Shown here: positions 18,284 to 27,720 of the stretch, in pieces
How the letters are laid out: the number at the start of each line of letters is the position of its first letter
How positions within the stretch are numbered: position 1 is the stretch's first letter
Assembly (NCBI GenBank): GCA_023703675.1
Contig: CP097974.1
Location: forward strand, 1,006,220-1,070,219
DNA from: SAR86 cluster bacterium
Lineage (GTDB): Bacteria; Pseudomonadota; Gammaproteobacteria; Magnimaribacterales; AG-339-G14
Reading direction: 5' to 3'
Length of the DNA: 64,000 nucleotides
The notes under the pieces: model-generated
What the model was told of the DNA's origin: nothing
Database searches by the model: none
The model's input: the letters and a program-made list of their open reading frames with translations, nothing else
Made by a program: the position numbers and the translations under genes

Positions 18284-19218
18284 TTTTTGATATCTTTTAA
18301 TTGATTCACGAAGATTTTAGCTAAATTCTCTCCCGTTTGATCCATCAATTCTCTAAAACAAGTTGGACAAGTAATGTTTATTTCAGTTAAAAATCCTCCA
18401 ACAACATCTAAGCCTGCAATATAAATGCGTTCTCTAATCAGATCTTTTCTCAAAGAATCAACAATTTCTTTATCTCTATCATTCAATAGCTCAGTGAAGG
18501 CTTTCCCTCCAATGGCTAAATTTCCTCTGAAATCTCCTTCTGGTGGTTTTCTAAGAACAACAGAATTAGGAGGCTCGCCATTGATGACTAAAATTCTTCT
18601 ATCTCCAGAATAAACGTCATCAATAAATTTCTGCATCATAAACATTTCTTGATTATTGTCAGAGACATTTTTTAATACTTCTTGATAATTTTCAGAAGTA
18701 ATTTTTTGCACACCATTACCCCCCATTAGGCCGAGAGGTTTTATGACAGTTTTTTTATGCATCATTACAAATTCTTCCATTATCTTTTTATTTGCAGTTA
18801 CTAATGTGTCTGTAATCAATTTAGGATAATTTAGAATGGAGAGTTTTTCATTGTAAGTTCTCAAACTTGACGGGCTATTAATGACCGCAAGGCCGTTTTT
18901 TTCTGCTGATTCTAATACGTATGTATTGTTAATAAAGTTCATATCAAACGGAGGATCTTGTCTCATAAGTACAGTGTCTAAAGTATCTAAAGAAATTTTT
19001 TCTTCTTCACCTAATGAGTACCATTTATCTTGATTCATGTAGACTTCTGCTCTTTGAATCAATGCCATAGGCGTTTGATTGGAAAAGAATAAATTCCTGT
19101 GATCTATATAGAAGAGTTCATGTCCCTGCTCTTGTAACTCAATCATTAATAGCAAGGTCGAATCCTTAAAATAATTTATTTCTGAAATAGGATTCATAAC
19201 TACTCCTACCTTAAACAT
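18280..19218 (-). CDS. gshB: Glutathione synthetase (ATP-grasp)
   Basis: 312 aa. It carries MRQDPPFDMNFINNTYVLE and ATP-grasp motifs, and the C-terminus LDVVGGFLTEINITCPT resembles E. coli GshB. The rsmE-gshB adjacency is the same as in E. coli. Confidence 0.92.
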   Translation of the reverse strand: MFKVGVVMNPISEINYFKDSTLLLMIELQEQGHELFYIDHRNLFFSNQTPMALIQRAEVYMNQDKWYSLGEEEKISLDTLDTVLMRQDPPFDMNFINNTYVLESAEKNGLAVINSPSSLRTYNEKLSILNYPKLITDTLVTANKKIMEEFVMMHKKTVIKPLGLMGGNGVQKITSENYQEVLKNVSDNNQEMFMMQKFIDDVYSGDRRILVINGEPPNSVVLRKPPEGDFRGNLAIGGKAFTELLNDRDKEIVDSLRKDLIRERIYIAGLDVVGGFLTEINITCPTCFRELMDQTGENLAKIFVNQLKDIKK

Positions 19219-19923
19219 TTAAGACACCTCTTTTAAAATTTTTAACATAGATAATACTACTATTGGCATGGATTCTGTTTTGATAATCAAATCGCCGCAA
19301 TTTATTCCGATAAAGCCATTTTCTTCAAATAGTTTTTTTTCTAATGCAGTAAATCCGCCCTCTGGACCAATACCTATATCTATGGAGGGAGTAATTTTTA
19401 TGTCTTTCATACTCAATTCTGCTTTAGGATCTAAATAAAATTTAGATTCAAAATCTGAAGTCTCTATCCAGTCTTTTAATTGCATTTGGGAAATTTTTGG
19501 AATCCAATTTAACCCGGACTGCTCGCAAGAGCTGGCTGAAATTAAGCCCCATCGATGAAATTTTTCTTTTTTAAAATCTCTTAGTTTCGTTCTATCGCAT
19601 ATAAAAGACGTTAGCGAATTAACTCCAAGCTGAGATGAATCTTTTACGATTTTATCGAAATTTTTTACATGCGAAACTCCTAGATTCACTTTAAAAGAGG
19701 GAGGGTTGTCTTTTTTTATGATTCCACTCAATTTAATAGTAATAAAATTTTTTTTTATATTTTGAATTTCTCCTGAAGTTACACATCCCCTGCCATTAAA
19801 GATTTCAACTTGATGCCCTTCTTTTAGTCTCACAACTTTCAAATGATTTGATGACGCAAGGCTTAAATTAATCAAAGAATTAGACTTAATATTTTGTGGA
19901 TAATATATCCTGGGTATCCTCAT
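19219..19923 (-). CDS. rsmE: 16S rRNA (uracil1498-N3)-methyltransferase
   Basis: 234 aa. It has the N-terminal MRIPRIYYPQ, a PUA-like domain, and the SPOUT C-terminus with GPEGGFT. Confidence 0.85.
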   Translation of the reverse strand: MRIPRIYYPQNIKSNSLINLSLASSNHLKVVRLKEGHQVEIFNGRGCVTSGEIQNIKKNFITIKLSGIIKKDNPPSFKVNLGVSHVKNFDKIVKDSSQLGVNSLTSFICDRTKLRDFKKEKFHRWGLISASSCEQSGLNWIPKISQMQLKDWIETSDFESKFYLDPKAELSMKDIKITPSIDIGIGPEGGFTALEKKLFEENGFIGINCGDLIIKTESMPIVVLSMLKILKEVS

Positions 19924-19959
19924 TCAGTTATTATTCCTAATCTTGATTAAAATTACACT

Positions 19960-20517
19960 ATGACAGAAATAATATTAGTGAGACATGGAGAAGCATCGGC
20001 TTCTTGGCAAGAATCTACCGATCCTGGATTAAGTGAATTAGGAAAACGCCAAGCCGAAGAATGCGCTAATTTGCTATTGAATATTAACGAAATAGATAAG
20101 TATGAACTTGTCTCAAGTCCTCTCAAAAGAGCTATCGAGACAGGATCAAAACTTAAAGAAAAACTTAAGGGAAATCTAGTTATAAACTCCTCGTTTGCTG
20201 AGATACCCTCTCCAGGAATTTCTTTAAAAGATAGACAAACTTGGTTAAGAGAAATTTTTAATAAAAAAATATCGAATTTAAAAAAACCTCAAGCAGAATG
20301 GAGAAAAAATATAATTAACAAAATATGGCAAATTGAAAATCCTACGGTTATTTTTTCCCATTTCATGGTGATAAATACTATAGTAGGTTATGTGAAAAAG
20401 GATGAATCTATGGTTTGTTTTTATCCAGATAATTGCTCAATAACGAAATTAAATAAGTCCGAAGACGAAATTCATTTAACAAATTTAGGAAGTGAATTGT
20501 CTTCAAAAATAAACTGA
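19960..20517 (+). CDS. Histidine phosphatase superfamily protein (branch 1)
   Basis: 185 aa. It has the RHG motif (ILVRHGEAS), SSPLKRAIETG and a downstream SH histidine. The substrate is unknown. Confidence 0.7.
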   Translation: MTEIILVRHGEASASWQESTDPGLSELGKRQAEECANLLLNINEIDKYELVSSPLKRAIETGSKLKEKLKGNLVINSSFAEIPSPGISLKDRQTWLREIFNKKISNLKKPQAEWRKNIINKIWQIENPTVIFSHFMVINTIVGYVKKDESMVCFYPDNCSITKLNKSEDEIHLTNLGSELSSKIN

Positions 20518-20525
20518 AAGAACCA

Positions 20526-20765
20526 TTGAACGAAGAAAAGAAAACTCTCAAATATCAAGTAGGTCTTTCAATGAGAAGATACTTCAAAAATCTTGATGGA
20601 AATAAACCTAAAGACGTATTCGAAATGGTTATGAAAGAAGTGGAAAAACCACTGTTAGAAGAAGTTATGATTCATTGCAATTGGAATCAATCAGAAGCTT
20701 GTAAAATGCTTGGAATAAATAGGGGCACGCTAAGAACTAAATTAAAATTTCACAAACTCATTTAA
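20526..20765 (+). CDS. fis: Fis-family nucleoid-associated DNA-binding protein (short form)
   Basis: 79 aa with a TTG start. It aligns with E. coli Fis from about residue 26 onward (YFKNLDG.., EVEKPLLEEVM, HTH LGINRGTLRTKLKFHKL). It lies upstream of purH-purD as in other gammaproteobacteria. Confidence 0.8.
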   Translation: MNEEKKTLKYQVGLSMRRYFKNLDGNKPKDVFEMVMKEVEKPLLEEVMIHCNWNQSEACKMLGINRGTLRTKLKFHKLI

Positions 20766-20767
20766 TT

Positions 20768-22327
20768 ATGTCCAAGAACACTTCGGTAAAAATAAAACGT
20801 GCTTTATTAAGTGTTTCAGATAAATCAGGAATAACCGAATTAGCTAAATCTCTTGAAAATGGAGGCGTAGAAATAATATCTACTGGAGGAACGCTAAAAC
20901 ACCTGGCAGATGCAGGTATTAAAGTAAAAGAGGTTTCAGATTTTACTGGCTCTCCTGAAATGATGGAAGGAAGAGTAAAAACTCTTCATCCAAAAATACA
21001 TGCGGGAATATTATCTAGAAGAGAAAAAGATTTAGATGAAGTTAAAGAAAACTTTATTGAAGAAATTGATTTAGTAGTGATTAACCTTTATCCCTTTGAA
21101 GAAACAGTTAAGAAAAGAGTTTCAATAGAAGAAACTATTGAGAATATAGATATTGGAGGTCCAACCATAATAAGAGCTGCTGCAAAAAACTTTTATTACG
21201 TAACAGTACTTTCATCGCCTGAAGACTACCCTGATTTCATTGATGAATTTAGTAAAGATAATGAAGTAAATTACAAGACTAGATCTGAATTAGCGCGTAA
21301 GGCTTTCGATAAAATTTCAAAATATGACCTGGCCATTTCTAAGTATTTTAGTCCTAATAAGAAGGAAAACTTTCCAGATTTAATTTTTGATAAATATAAA
21401 AAAATCAGTGATCTAAGGTATGGTGAAAATCCTCATCAAATTGCTGCTTTTTATGAAGATTCAAAAACCGAATCAAGCGGAATATCTTCTTCAAATCAAA
21501 TCCAAGGAAAAGAGCTTTCCTATAACAATATTGCTGATACAGATGCAGCAATTGAATGTGTAAGTAATTTTTCCCTACCAACTTGTGTAATAGTAAAACA
21601 TGCTAATCCTTGCGGCGTCGCCTCTTCAAAAGAAAATTTAAGCGCTTATAAGAAAGCTTTTGCCTGTGATCCCACATCGGCTTTTGGAGGAATAATAGCC
21701 TTCAATAATGAGATGGACGAACCCACCGCCTTGTTTATAAAAGAAAATCAGTTCGTCGAGGTTGTAGCTGCTCCAAGTTTCTCACCTGAAGCTTTAAAAG
21801 CATTTAATGATAAGAAAAATATTCGTCTTCTCGAAGTAAAAAATTTAAAAAAAAGTACAAGCGGTATTAGATATCATTCAGTTAATTCAGGTCTACTTTT
21901 GCAAAGCATCGATATCGGTGAAATTGGTATTAAAGATTTAAAAATTGTATCGAAAAGAAAAGCTAACGAAACTGAAATTGACAATTCAATATTCGCCTGG
22001 AAAGTTTGTAAATACGTAAAATCAAATGCCATCGTGTATGCAAAAGATAAGCAGACTTTGGGAATTGGAGCTGGACAGATGAGTAGGATAGACAGCGCAG
22101 AAATCGCCGTGAGCAAGGCCAAAAAAGCAAATTTGAATTTAAAGGATTCCTGCATGGCATCTGACGCATTTTTTCCTTTTAGAGACAGTATTGATGAAGC
22201 TGCTAAAAATGGAATTACTAGCATAATTCAACCTGGAGGTTCAATAAGAGACGAAGAGGTTATCCAGGCCGCAGACGAAAACAATATGATAATGATTTTT
22301 ACTGGAATGAGACACTTCAGACATTAG
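20768..22327 (+). CDS. purH: Bifunctional AICAR transformylase / IMP cyclohydrolase
   Basis: 519 aa. Motifs include RALLSVSDKSG, STGGT, YGENPHQ and the C-terminal GMRHFRH. Confidence 0.97.
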   Translation: MSKNTSVKIKRALLSVSDKSGITELAKSLENGGVEIISTGGTLKHLADAGIKVKEVSDFTGSPEMMEGRVKTLHPKIHAGILSRREKDLDEVKENFIEEIDLVVINLYPFEETVKKRVSIEETIENIDIGGPTIIRAAAKNFYYVTVLSSPEDYPDFIDEFSKDNEVNYKTRSELARKAFDKISKYDLAISKYFSPNKKENFPDLIFDKYKKISDLRYGENPHQIAAFYEDSKTESSGISSSNQIQGKELSYNNIADTDAAIECVSNFSLPTCVIVKHANPCGVASSKENLSAYKKAFACDPTSAFGGIIAFNNEMDEPTALFIKENQFVEVVAAPSFSPEALKAFNDKKNIRLLEVKNLKKSTSGIRYHSVNSGLLLQSIDIGEIGIKDLKIVSKRKANETEIDNSIFAWKVCKYVKSNAIVYAKDKQTLGIGAGQMSRIDSAEIAVSKAKKANLNLKDSCMASDAFFPFRDSIDEAAKNGITSIIQPGGSIRDEEVIQAADENNMIMIFTGMRHFRH

Positions 22328-23596
22328 ATGGATGTTCTGGTAATTGGTTCTGGAGGGAGAGAACATGCGATAGCATGGAAAATCTCACAAAGTAAATTAG
22401 CTAACATAGTATTTATCGCTCCTGGTAATGCAGGAACAGAAAGAGAGGAAAAAATAAAAAATATAGATATTGAAGTTGACGATATCGATTCTCTTTTGTC
22501 ATTTGCTAAAGAAAAAAAAATTGATCTCACAATAGTTGGACCTGAAAATCCATTGGTTTCAGGAATAGTCGATCGATTCGAGGAAGAAGGCTTATTTTGT
22601 TTGGGACCTTGCTCAAAAGGAGCAAGATTAGAAGGATCAAAAAATTTTATGAAAGAAGTACTTGTCGCAGCTAATATCCCAACTGCAAATTATGCAGAAT
22701 TTGACACGGCTGAAACTGCTCTGGATTACTTAGATCATCAAAAAATACCAATAGTTATCAAAGCAGACGGTCTTGCCGCAGGAAAAGGTGTCGTTGTGGC
22801 TTTTAGTAAAAATGAAGCTAAAAAGGCAATTACATCTTTCATGTTAGATAAAAAATTAGGAAGCGCAGGTTCAAAAATAATTATCGAGGAATTCCTGACT
22901 GGAGACGAAGCAAGCTTTATAGTTCTAACTGATGGAGACAATATAATTCCGCTTGCTACTTCACAAGATCATAAACAAAGGGATGACAATGACAGAGGTC
23001 CTAATACTGGTGGTATGGGAGCATATTCTCCTACAAATTTAATTAATGAAGAAATGAATGAAGAAATTCTTGAATCTATTATCAAACCCACTTTGGAAGA
23101 GCTGAAAAAAAGAGGGATAACCTACAAAGGATTTCTTTATGCAGGTTTAATGATAGATAAAAATAAAATAAAAGTTTTAGAGTACAACTGCAGATTTGGA
23201 GATCCTGAAACCCAACCAATTCTCATGAGAATGAAAAGTGATTTTCTAGAAATGTGTTACAAAGCATGTGAAAAAAAACTAAATGACTTCGCAATAGAAT
23301 GGGAGAAAAAAGTTTCCGTAGGAGTTGTTCTCGCTTCAGGTGGGTACCCAGAAAATTATAAAAAAGGCTATGAAATAAATGGGATCCCAAAGGATAACGA
23401 TAATCTAAAAATTTTTCATTGCGGTACAAAATCTAAAGATGGAAAAATTTATACCAATGGTGGCAGAGTATTATGCATAACTTCTAAAGCGGAGGAACTA
23501 GATAAAGCCATAGATTTAGCATACGCAGCTGTAAGAAAAATAAATTGGCAAGGGTCTTTTTATCGCTCTGATATTGGACAAAGAAAAATCAATTAA
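22328..23596 (+). CDS. purD: Phosphoribosylamine-glycine ligase
   Basis: 422 aa. It has MDVLVIGSGGREHAIAWK, an ATP-grasp core, and GPNTGGMGAYSP. Confidence 0.97.
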   Translation: MDVLVIGSGGREHAIAWKISQSKLANIVFIAPGNAGTEREEKIKNIDIEVDDIDSLLSFAKEKKIDLTIVGPENPLVSGIVDRFEEEGLFCLGPCSKGARLEGSKNFMKEVLVAANIPTANYAEFDTAETALDYLDHQKIPIVIKADGLAAGKGVVVAFSKNEAKKAITSFMLDKKLGSAGSKIIIEEFLTGDEASFIVLTDGDNIIPLATSQDHKQRDDNDRGPNTGGMGAYSPTNLINEEMNEEILESIIKPTLEELKKRGITYKGFLYAGLMIDKNKIKVLEYNCRFGDPETQPILMRMKSDFLEMCYKACEKKLNDFAIEWEKKVSVGVVLASGGYPENYKKGYEINGIPKDNDNLKIFHCGTKSKDGKIYTNGGRVLCITSKAEELDKAIDLAYAAVRKINWQGSFYRSDIGQRKIN

Positions 23597-24384
23597 ACAC
23601 TTTCTGAGATTAACGCTTTTAAAGCTTTTCCAGGAGAAATTTGTTTCATAAATAACTCACCAATTAAAAATCCATTAATTCCTGCTTCTGAAAGGATTTT
23701 TAAATCTGATGCATTGTTAATCCCGCTCTCAGAAATTAAAGTAACCGTTTCAGGGATATTATCTTTTAAGTCTATAGAATTCTGAATGCTTACTTCAAAT
23801 GTAGATAGATTTCTATTATTAATACCGAGAAGATTTGGCGAGATGGTTAAAGCAGTTTCAAGTTCATATAGGTTATGTACTTCTACTAGCACATCTAAAT
23901 TAATAGAAGAAGCATAATCAAAAAAGTCTTTCAATTGAAATTTATCCAAAGCAGCGACAATAAGAAGGAGACAGTCTGCTCCAAATGCCTTGGTCTCGAT
24001 AATCTGATATTCATCAACAATGAAATCTTTCCTCAAAAGAGGAATCTCTACTTCTTTTCTAATCAAATCAAGATAATCAATGTCTCCTTTAAAAAAAGGC
24101 TTGTCAGTAAGGATACTTAAACAAGATGCGCCGTTTCTTTCATAGTCAGTTGCAATTTCTACTGGATTGAATTCATCTCTTATGATGCCCTTACTAGGCG
24201 AAGCTTTTTTTATTTCAGCAATAATCGCTTGTTGATTTAAAGAAATTTTATTCTGAATTGATTTTGTAAACTCTCTTTTTGTATATTGTTCCGACAACTC
24301 TTCAAGATCATGTAGAGATTTCTTCATTTTAGATTTCTGAATTGTATTTTTAGTCTCTTCTATAATTCTTTCTAAAATATTCAT
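23593..24384 (-). CDS. trpC: Indole-3-glycerol phosphate synthase (monofunctional)
   Basis: 263 aa. Motifs include IAEIKKASPSKG, LRKDFI and GINNRNL. There is no fused TrpF domain. Confidence 0.95.
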   Translation of the reverse strand: MNILERIIEETKNTIQKSKMKKSLHDLEELSEQYTKREFTKSIQNKISLNQQAIIAEIKKASPSKGIIRDEFNPVEIATDYERNGASCLSILTDKPFFKGDIDYLDLIRKEVEIPLLRKDFIVDEYQIIETKAFGADCLLLIVAALDKFQLKDFFDYASSINLDVLVEVHNLYELETALTISPNLLGINNRNLSTFEVSIQNSIDLKDNIPETVTLISESGINNASDLKILSEAGINGFLIGELFMKQISPGKALKALISESV

Positions 24385-25400
24385 TTGAAGCTATTTGAGA
24401 TTTCTATTAATGCTTGAAGTTTTTCATTTGCTTTTCCTGAATGTATTATTTTTTCAGCAATCGAAAATCCATGATCAATTGAACTCGCGAGGCCTGAAGT
24501 ATAAATAATTGCTGCAGCATTTAATTTGATTATTTCCTCTCCAGCTGGGAAAGATCCGTCTAAAGTCTTCATAACTTTCTCATAACTATCTTTTGCAGAG
24601 GTAACTTTTAAAAGATTGATATCAAAATTTTCAATATCAAAATCCTCAGGTTCTATTTCAAACTCTATAATTTTATTTTTTTTTAATTCTGCGACATAAG
24701 TTTTTCTAGCAGCACTAATCTCATCCAAACCATCTTCTGAGTGGAAGACCAATGCTCTCTCAGCGCCAAGTTTTTTCAAAGTTTCAGTAATTGGGATTAT
24801 CCATTTCTTATCAAATACTCCTATGTTTTGTTTTAATGCTCCTGCTGGATTTGTCAATGGTCCAAGTAAATTGAATATTGTTTTTTTTCCTATTTTTGCT
24901 CTGGCTGGCATGACAAATTTCATGCCTGGATGATGATTTTGAGCAAACATAAAACCTATGCCAACAGATTCTAAACATTTGGAAACCTGTTCAGAGTCAA
25001 TTGAAATGTTTACTCCTGCTGCTTCCAGAATGTCAGCGCTTCCGCTTACTCCAGTGGAGGTTCTGTTACCGTGCTTTGCTATCTTTACTCCTCCAGCAGC
25101 AGCAACAAAAGCAGAACAAGTTGAAATATTCATTATATTTTTTCCCAAACCACCTGTTCCACAACAATCTACTAAGTCTTTAAGATTAGTATTAACTTTA
25201 ATTGAATGTTTGCGCATACTTTTTACGGCGCCTACGATTTCTTCAACAGATTCACCCTTTTCAGACAATGCTTGAAGGAAAGAAATTATTTTTTCCTCTG
25301 AAATTTTTCCCTCGAAGATTGCATTAATTATCTGAAATGTTTCATCTTCACTAAGATCTGAGCCGCTAGTAACATTTGAAATTATTTTTTCTATATTCAT
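24381..25400 (-). CDS. trpD: Anthranilate phosphoribosyltransferase
   Basis: 339 aa. Motifs include CGTGG, NISTCSAFVAAAGGVKIAKHGNR and SGSADILEAAGV. Confidence 0.95.
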   Translation of the reverse strand: MNIEKIISNVTSGSDLSEDETFQIINAIFEGKISEEKIISFLQALSEKGESVEEIVGAVKSMRKHSIKVNTNLKDLVDCCGTGGLGKNIMNISTCSAFVAAAGGVKIAKHGNRTSTGVSGSADILEAAGVNISIDSEQVSKCLESVGIGFMFAQNHHPGMKFVMPARAKIGKKTIFNLLGPLTNPAGALKQNIGVFDKKWIIPITETLKKLGAERALVFHSEDGLDEISAARKTYVAELKKNKIIEFEIEPEDFDIENFDINLLKVTSAKDSYEKVMKTLDGSFPAGEEIIKLNAAAIIYTSGLASSIDHGFSIAEKIIHSGKANEKLQALIEISNSFK

Positions 25401-25963
25401 TTTAAATCCAAAAAATTCGATAATATTTTTTTTCCATTTTGAGTTTTTATAGATTCTGGATGAAATTGAACGCCGGCTACTTTTAAACTCTCGTGATGGA
25501 CGCCCATAATAATTCCGTCTTCAGAAGTTGCGTTCACAAGAACTTCATTTGGCAAAGAACCTGGATCAATAATTAAAGAGTGATAGCGAGTCACTGTAAA
25601 GTTATCGTCAATTCCTCTAAATAAAAAATTCGCGTCATGCTTAATTCTTGAAAGTTTCCCATGCATTGGAACGGGAGCCTTGATAATTTTTCCACCAAAA
25701 GCTTCACCTATTGCCTGGTGTCCTAAACAAACTCCAAGAATTGGAAATTTTCCTTTGAAAGTTTTTATAAGCTCTAGAGAAACTCCAGCCTGTTTTGGAG
25801 CACAAGGTCCGGGAGAAATAACCAAATATTCTGGGTTTAAATTCTGAACATCTTCTATTGAGATTTCATCATTTCTGAAAACTTTTACCTCTTGTCCAAG
25901 CTCGCCAAAATATTGAACTAGGTTATAAGTAAAAGAATCATAATTATCAATCATCAAAAGCAT
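25397..25963 (-). CDS. trpG: Anthranilate synthase component II (glutamine amidotransferase)
   Basis: 188 aa. It has IDNYDSFTYNLVQY, a catalytic Cys in GVCLGHQ, and HPES. Confidence 0.93.
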   Translation of the reverse strand: MLLMIDNYDSFTYNLVQYFGELGQEVKVFRNDEISIEDVQNLNPEYLVISPGPCAPKQAGVSLELIKTFKGKFPILGVCLGHQAIGEAFGGKIIKAPVPMHGKLSRIKHDANFLFRGIDDNFTVTRYHSLIIDPGSLPNEVLVNATSEDGIIMGVHHESLKVAGVQFHPESIKTQNGKKILSNFLDLK

Positions 25964-27309
25964 TAATCCATCTCCTCAAGAGCATTAAAGATAGATTGAG
26001 CTTTGTTTAAAGATTCTTGATACTCTGCTTCAGGATCTGAGTCGTGCACGATTCCTCCTCCAGCTCTTACTTTTAATACATTTTTTTGAATAATCGCTGT
26101 TCTTATAGCTATCGCTGTATCCATATTTCCCGTCCAAGAAAGGTAACCAATTGCTCCTCCGTAAACTCCCCTCCTATCGGGTTCAAGCTCTTCAATAATT
26201 TCCATTGCTCTTACTTTAGGAGCTCCAGAAAGAGTTCCTGCTGGTAAGGTTGCTTTTAGCACGTCAATTGCTGATTGTCCTTGTTTTAAGTCGCCTATGA
26301 CATTAGAAACTAAATGCATTACGTGAGAGTACTTTTCAATAACCATTTGATCCGTCGTTTCAACGCTACCAATATTTGCAATCCTTCCTACATCATTTCT
26401 TCCTAAATCTATCAGCATTAAATGTTCAGCAATTTCTTTTTCGTCATTAAGTAATATTTTTGCTAATTCTTGATCTTCTGTTTCATCCTTCCCTCTTTTA
26501 ACTGTTCCTGCAATTGGTCTCACGGTGACTTGATTATTTTGTAATCTAACTAAAATTTCTGGAGAAGCTCCTACAATATGAAGATCATCTATCTTAAGAA
26601 AATACATATAAGGAGAAGGGTTTAGCTTTCTCAGCGCCTTATAAAGAGACATTGGAGAACCTTCAAAATTTGTAGAGAATTCCTGACCATAGACAACCTG
26701 CATAACGTCACCTTCGAGAATGTAATTTTTAATTTTTTTTACGTTTTGTAAATAATCTTTTTTTGAAACTGACGAACTGAATTCAATTTTATTTTTTTTT
26801 GAGTTTTCTTGATCTTCAAGTGGTGTGTTAATTTGTTGGAGAATTTCATCTATTCTTGAATTAGCTAGCTTCTCATTTTTCTCAAAGTCGTTAACAATAA
26901 TAAATAAATTTTTTTCATAATTATCATAAACTATTAATTCATCAGAAATCATCAAAGAAATTTCGGCATAATTTAATTGGGGTTTTTTAGAATTGCTAAA
27001 TTTTTTTTCAATGTGTCTGATTGTGTCGTAACTAAAGTATCCTACTAGACCGCCGGTAAAATCTGGCAAACCTTCAATTCTTTCAACTTTTTGAGACTTC
27101 ATAAAATCGTCAATTTCATCAAGCGGAGAATCAGATAATTTTATTTTTTTGTCTGTAGGCAACCCAATAATAGAATATTTGGCCCATTTCTCTCCGCCTT
27201 CAACGCTCTCAAAAAAATAAGAATTTTTATCATCCAAAAATCTCATGTAAATTTCTAAGGGAGTAATTTCTTCACTAGGAATTTTTTTAAAAAAAGTTTT
27301 ACGTTTCAT
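25963..27309 (-). CDS. trpE: Anthranilate synthase component I
   Basis: 448 aa. The chorismate-binding C-terminus has GTLSGAPKVRAMEIIEELE and GVYGGAIGY. It shares a 1-nt stop/start overlap with trpG. Confidence 0.95.
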   Translation of the reverse strand: MKRKTFFKKIPSEEITPLEIYMRFLDDKNSYFFESVEGGEKWAKYSIIGLPTDKKIKLSDSPLDEIDDFMKSQKVERIEGLPDFTGGLVGYFSYDTIRHIEKKFSNSKKPQLNYAEISLMISDELIVYDNYEKNLFIIVNDFEKNEKLANSRIDEILQQINTPLEDQENSKKNKIEFSSSVSKKDYLQNVKKIKNYILEGDVMQVVYGQEFSTNFEGSPMSLYKALRKLNPSPYMYFLKIDDLHIVGASPEILVRLQNNQVTVRPIAGTVKRGKDETEDQELAKILLNDEKEIAEHLMLIDLGRNDVGRIANIGSVETTDQMVIEKYSHVMHLVSNVIGDLKQGQSAIDVLKATLPAGTLSGAPKVRAMEIIEELEPDRRGVYGGAIGYLSWTGNMDTAIAIRTAIIQKNVLKVRAGGGIVHDSDPEAEYQESLNKAQSIFNALEEMD

Positions 27310-27321
27310 TTTTTATAAATT

Positions 27322-27720
27322 TTACTGATAATTCAGGCCAAATTTTTTTGATAATTCCCCCCTATTTGCTTCGACCACAATTATGGCTTCATGACAAATT
27401 CTTTCTTTTGAGTAGGGAATTCCTTTTTCAAGCACTAACTCCTTGTCCTGATCTATGAATAAAATATCTATCGGAATACTTGTATTTTTCATCCACATAC
27501 ATCTCACTTGTTCATCTTTCCACAGAAAATGAAGTTGGTGGTTCGGTTTTAATTCTTTCTTAAACATTAATCCTTTTTTTCTGTCAATGTCACTGATTAG
27601 AAACTTAACGCAACTTTTAGAATTATTGTCATAGGAGTAGTCTTCTTCGCAATTAGTTTCAGCAAATCCAAAAGCTGAATGGATGCTAAGAAAAATTATC
27701 CCTAAGAGTTTTAACCGCAT
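27322..27720 (-). CDS. DUF192-family periplasmic protein
   Basis: A signal-peptide-like N-terminus (MRLKLLGIIFLSIHSAFGFA) begins at the ATG at 27720. The core motifs (KGLMFK.., IPIDILFID) fit DUF192/COG1430. The start lies 35 nt inside the 3' end of rpe, in another frame. The stop is 12 nt before trpE. Confidence 0.65.
   Translation of the reverse strand: MRLKLLGIIFLSIHSAFGFAETNCEEDYSYDNNSKSCVKFLISDIDRKKGLMFKKELKPNHQLHFLWKDEQVRCMWMKNTSIPIDILFIDQDKELVLEKGIPYSKERICHEAIIVVEANRGELSKKFGLNYQ

Noticed and set aside
21874-22224. Two overlapping antisense ORFs (116 aa and 68 aa) within purH.
   Set aside because: They have no motifs and lie entirely within a conserved CDS. These are typical shadow ORFs.
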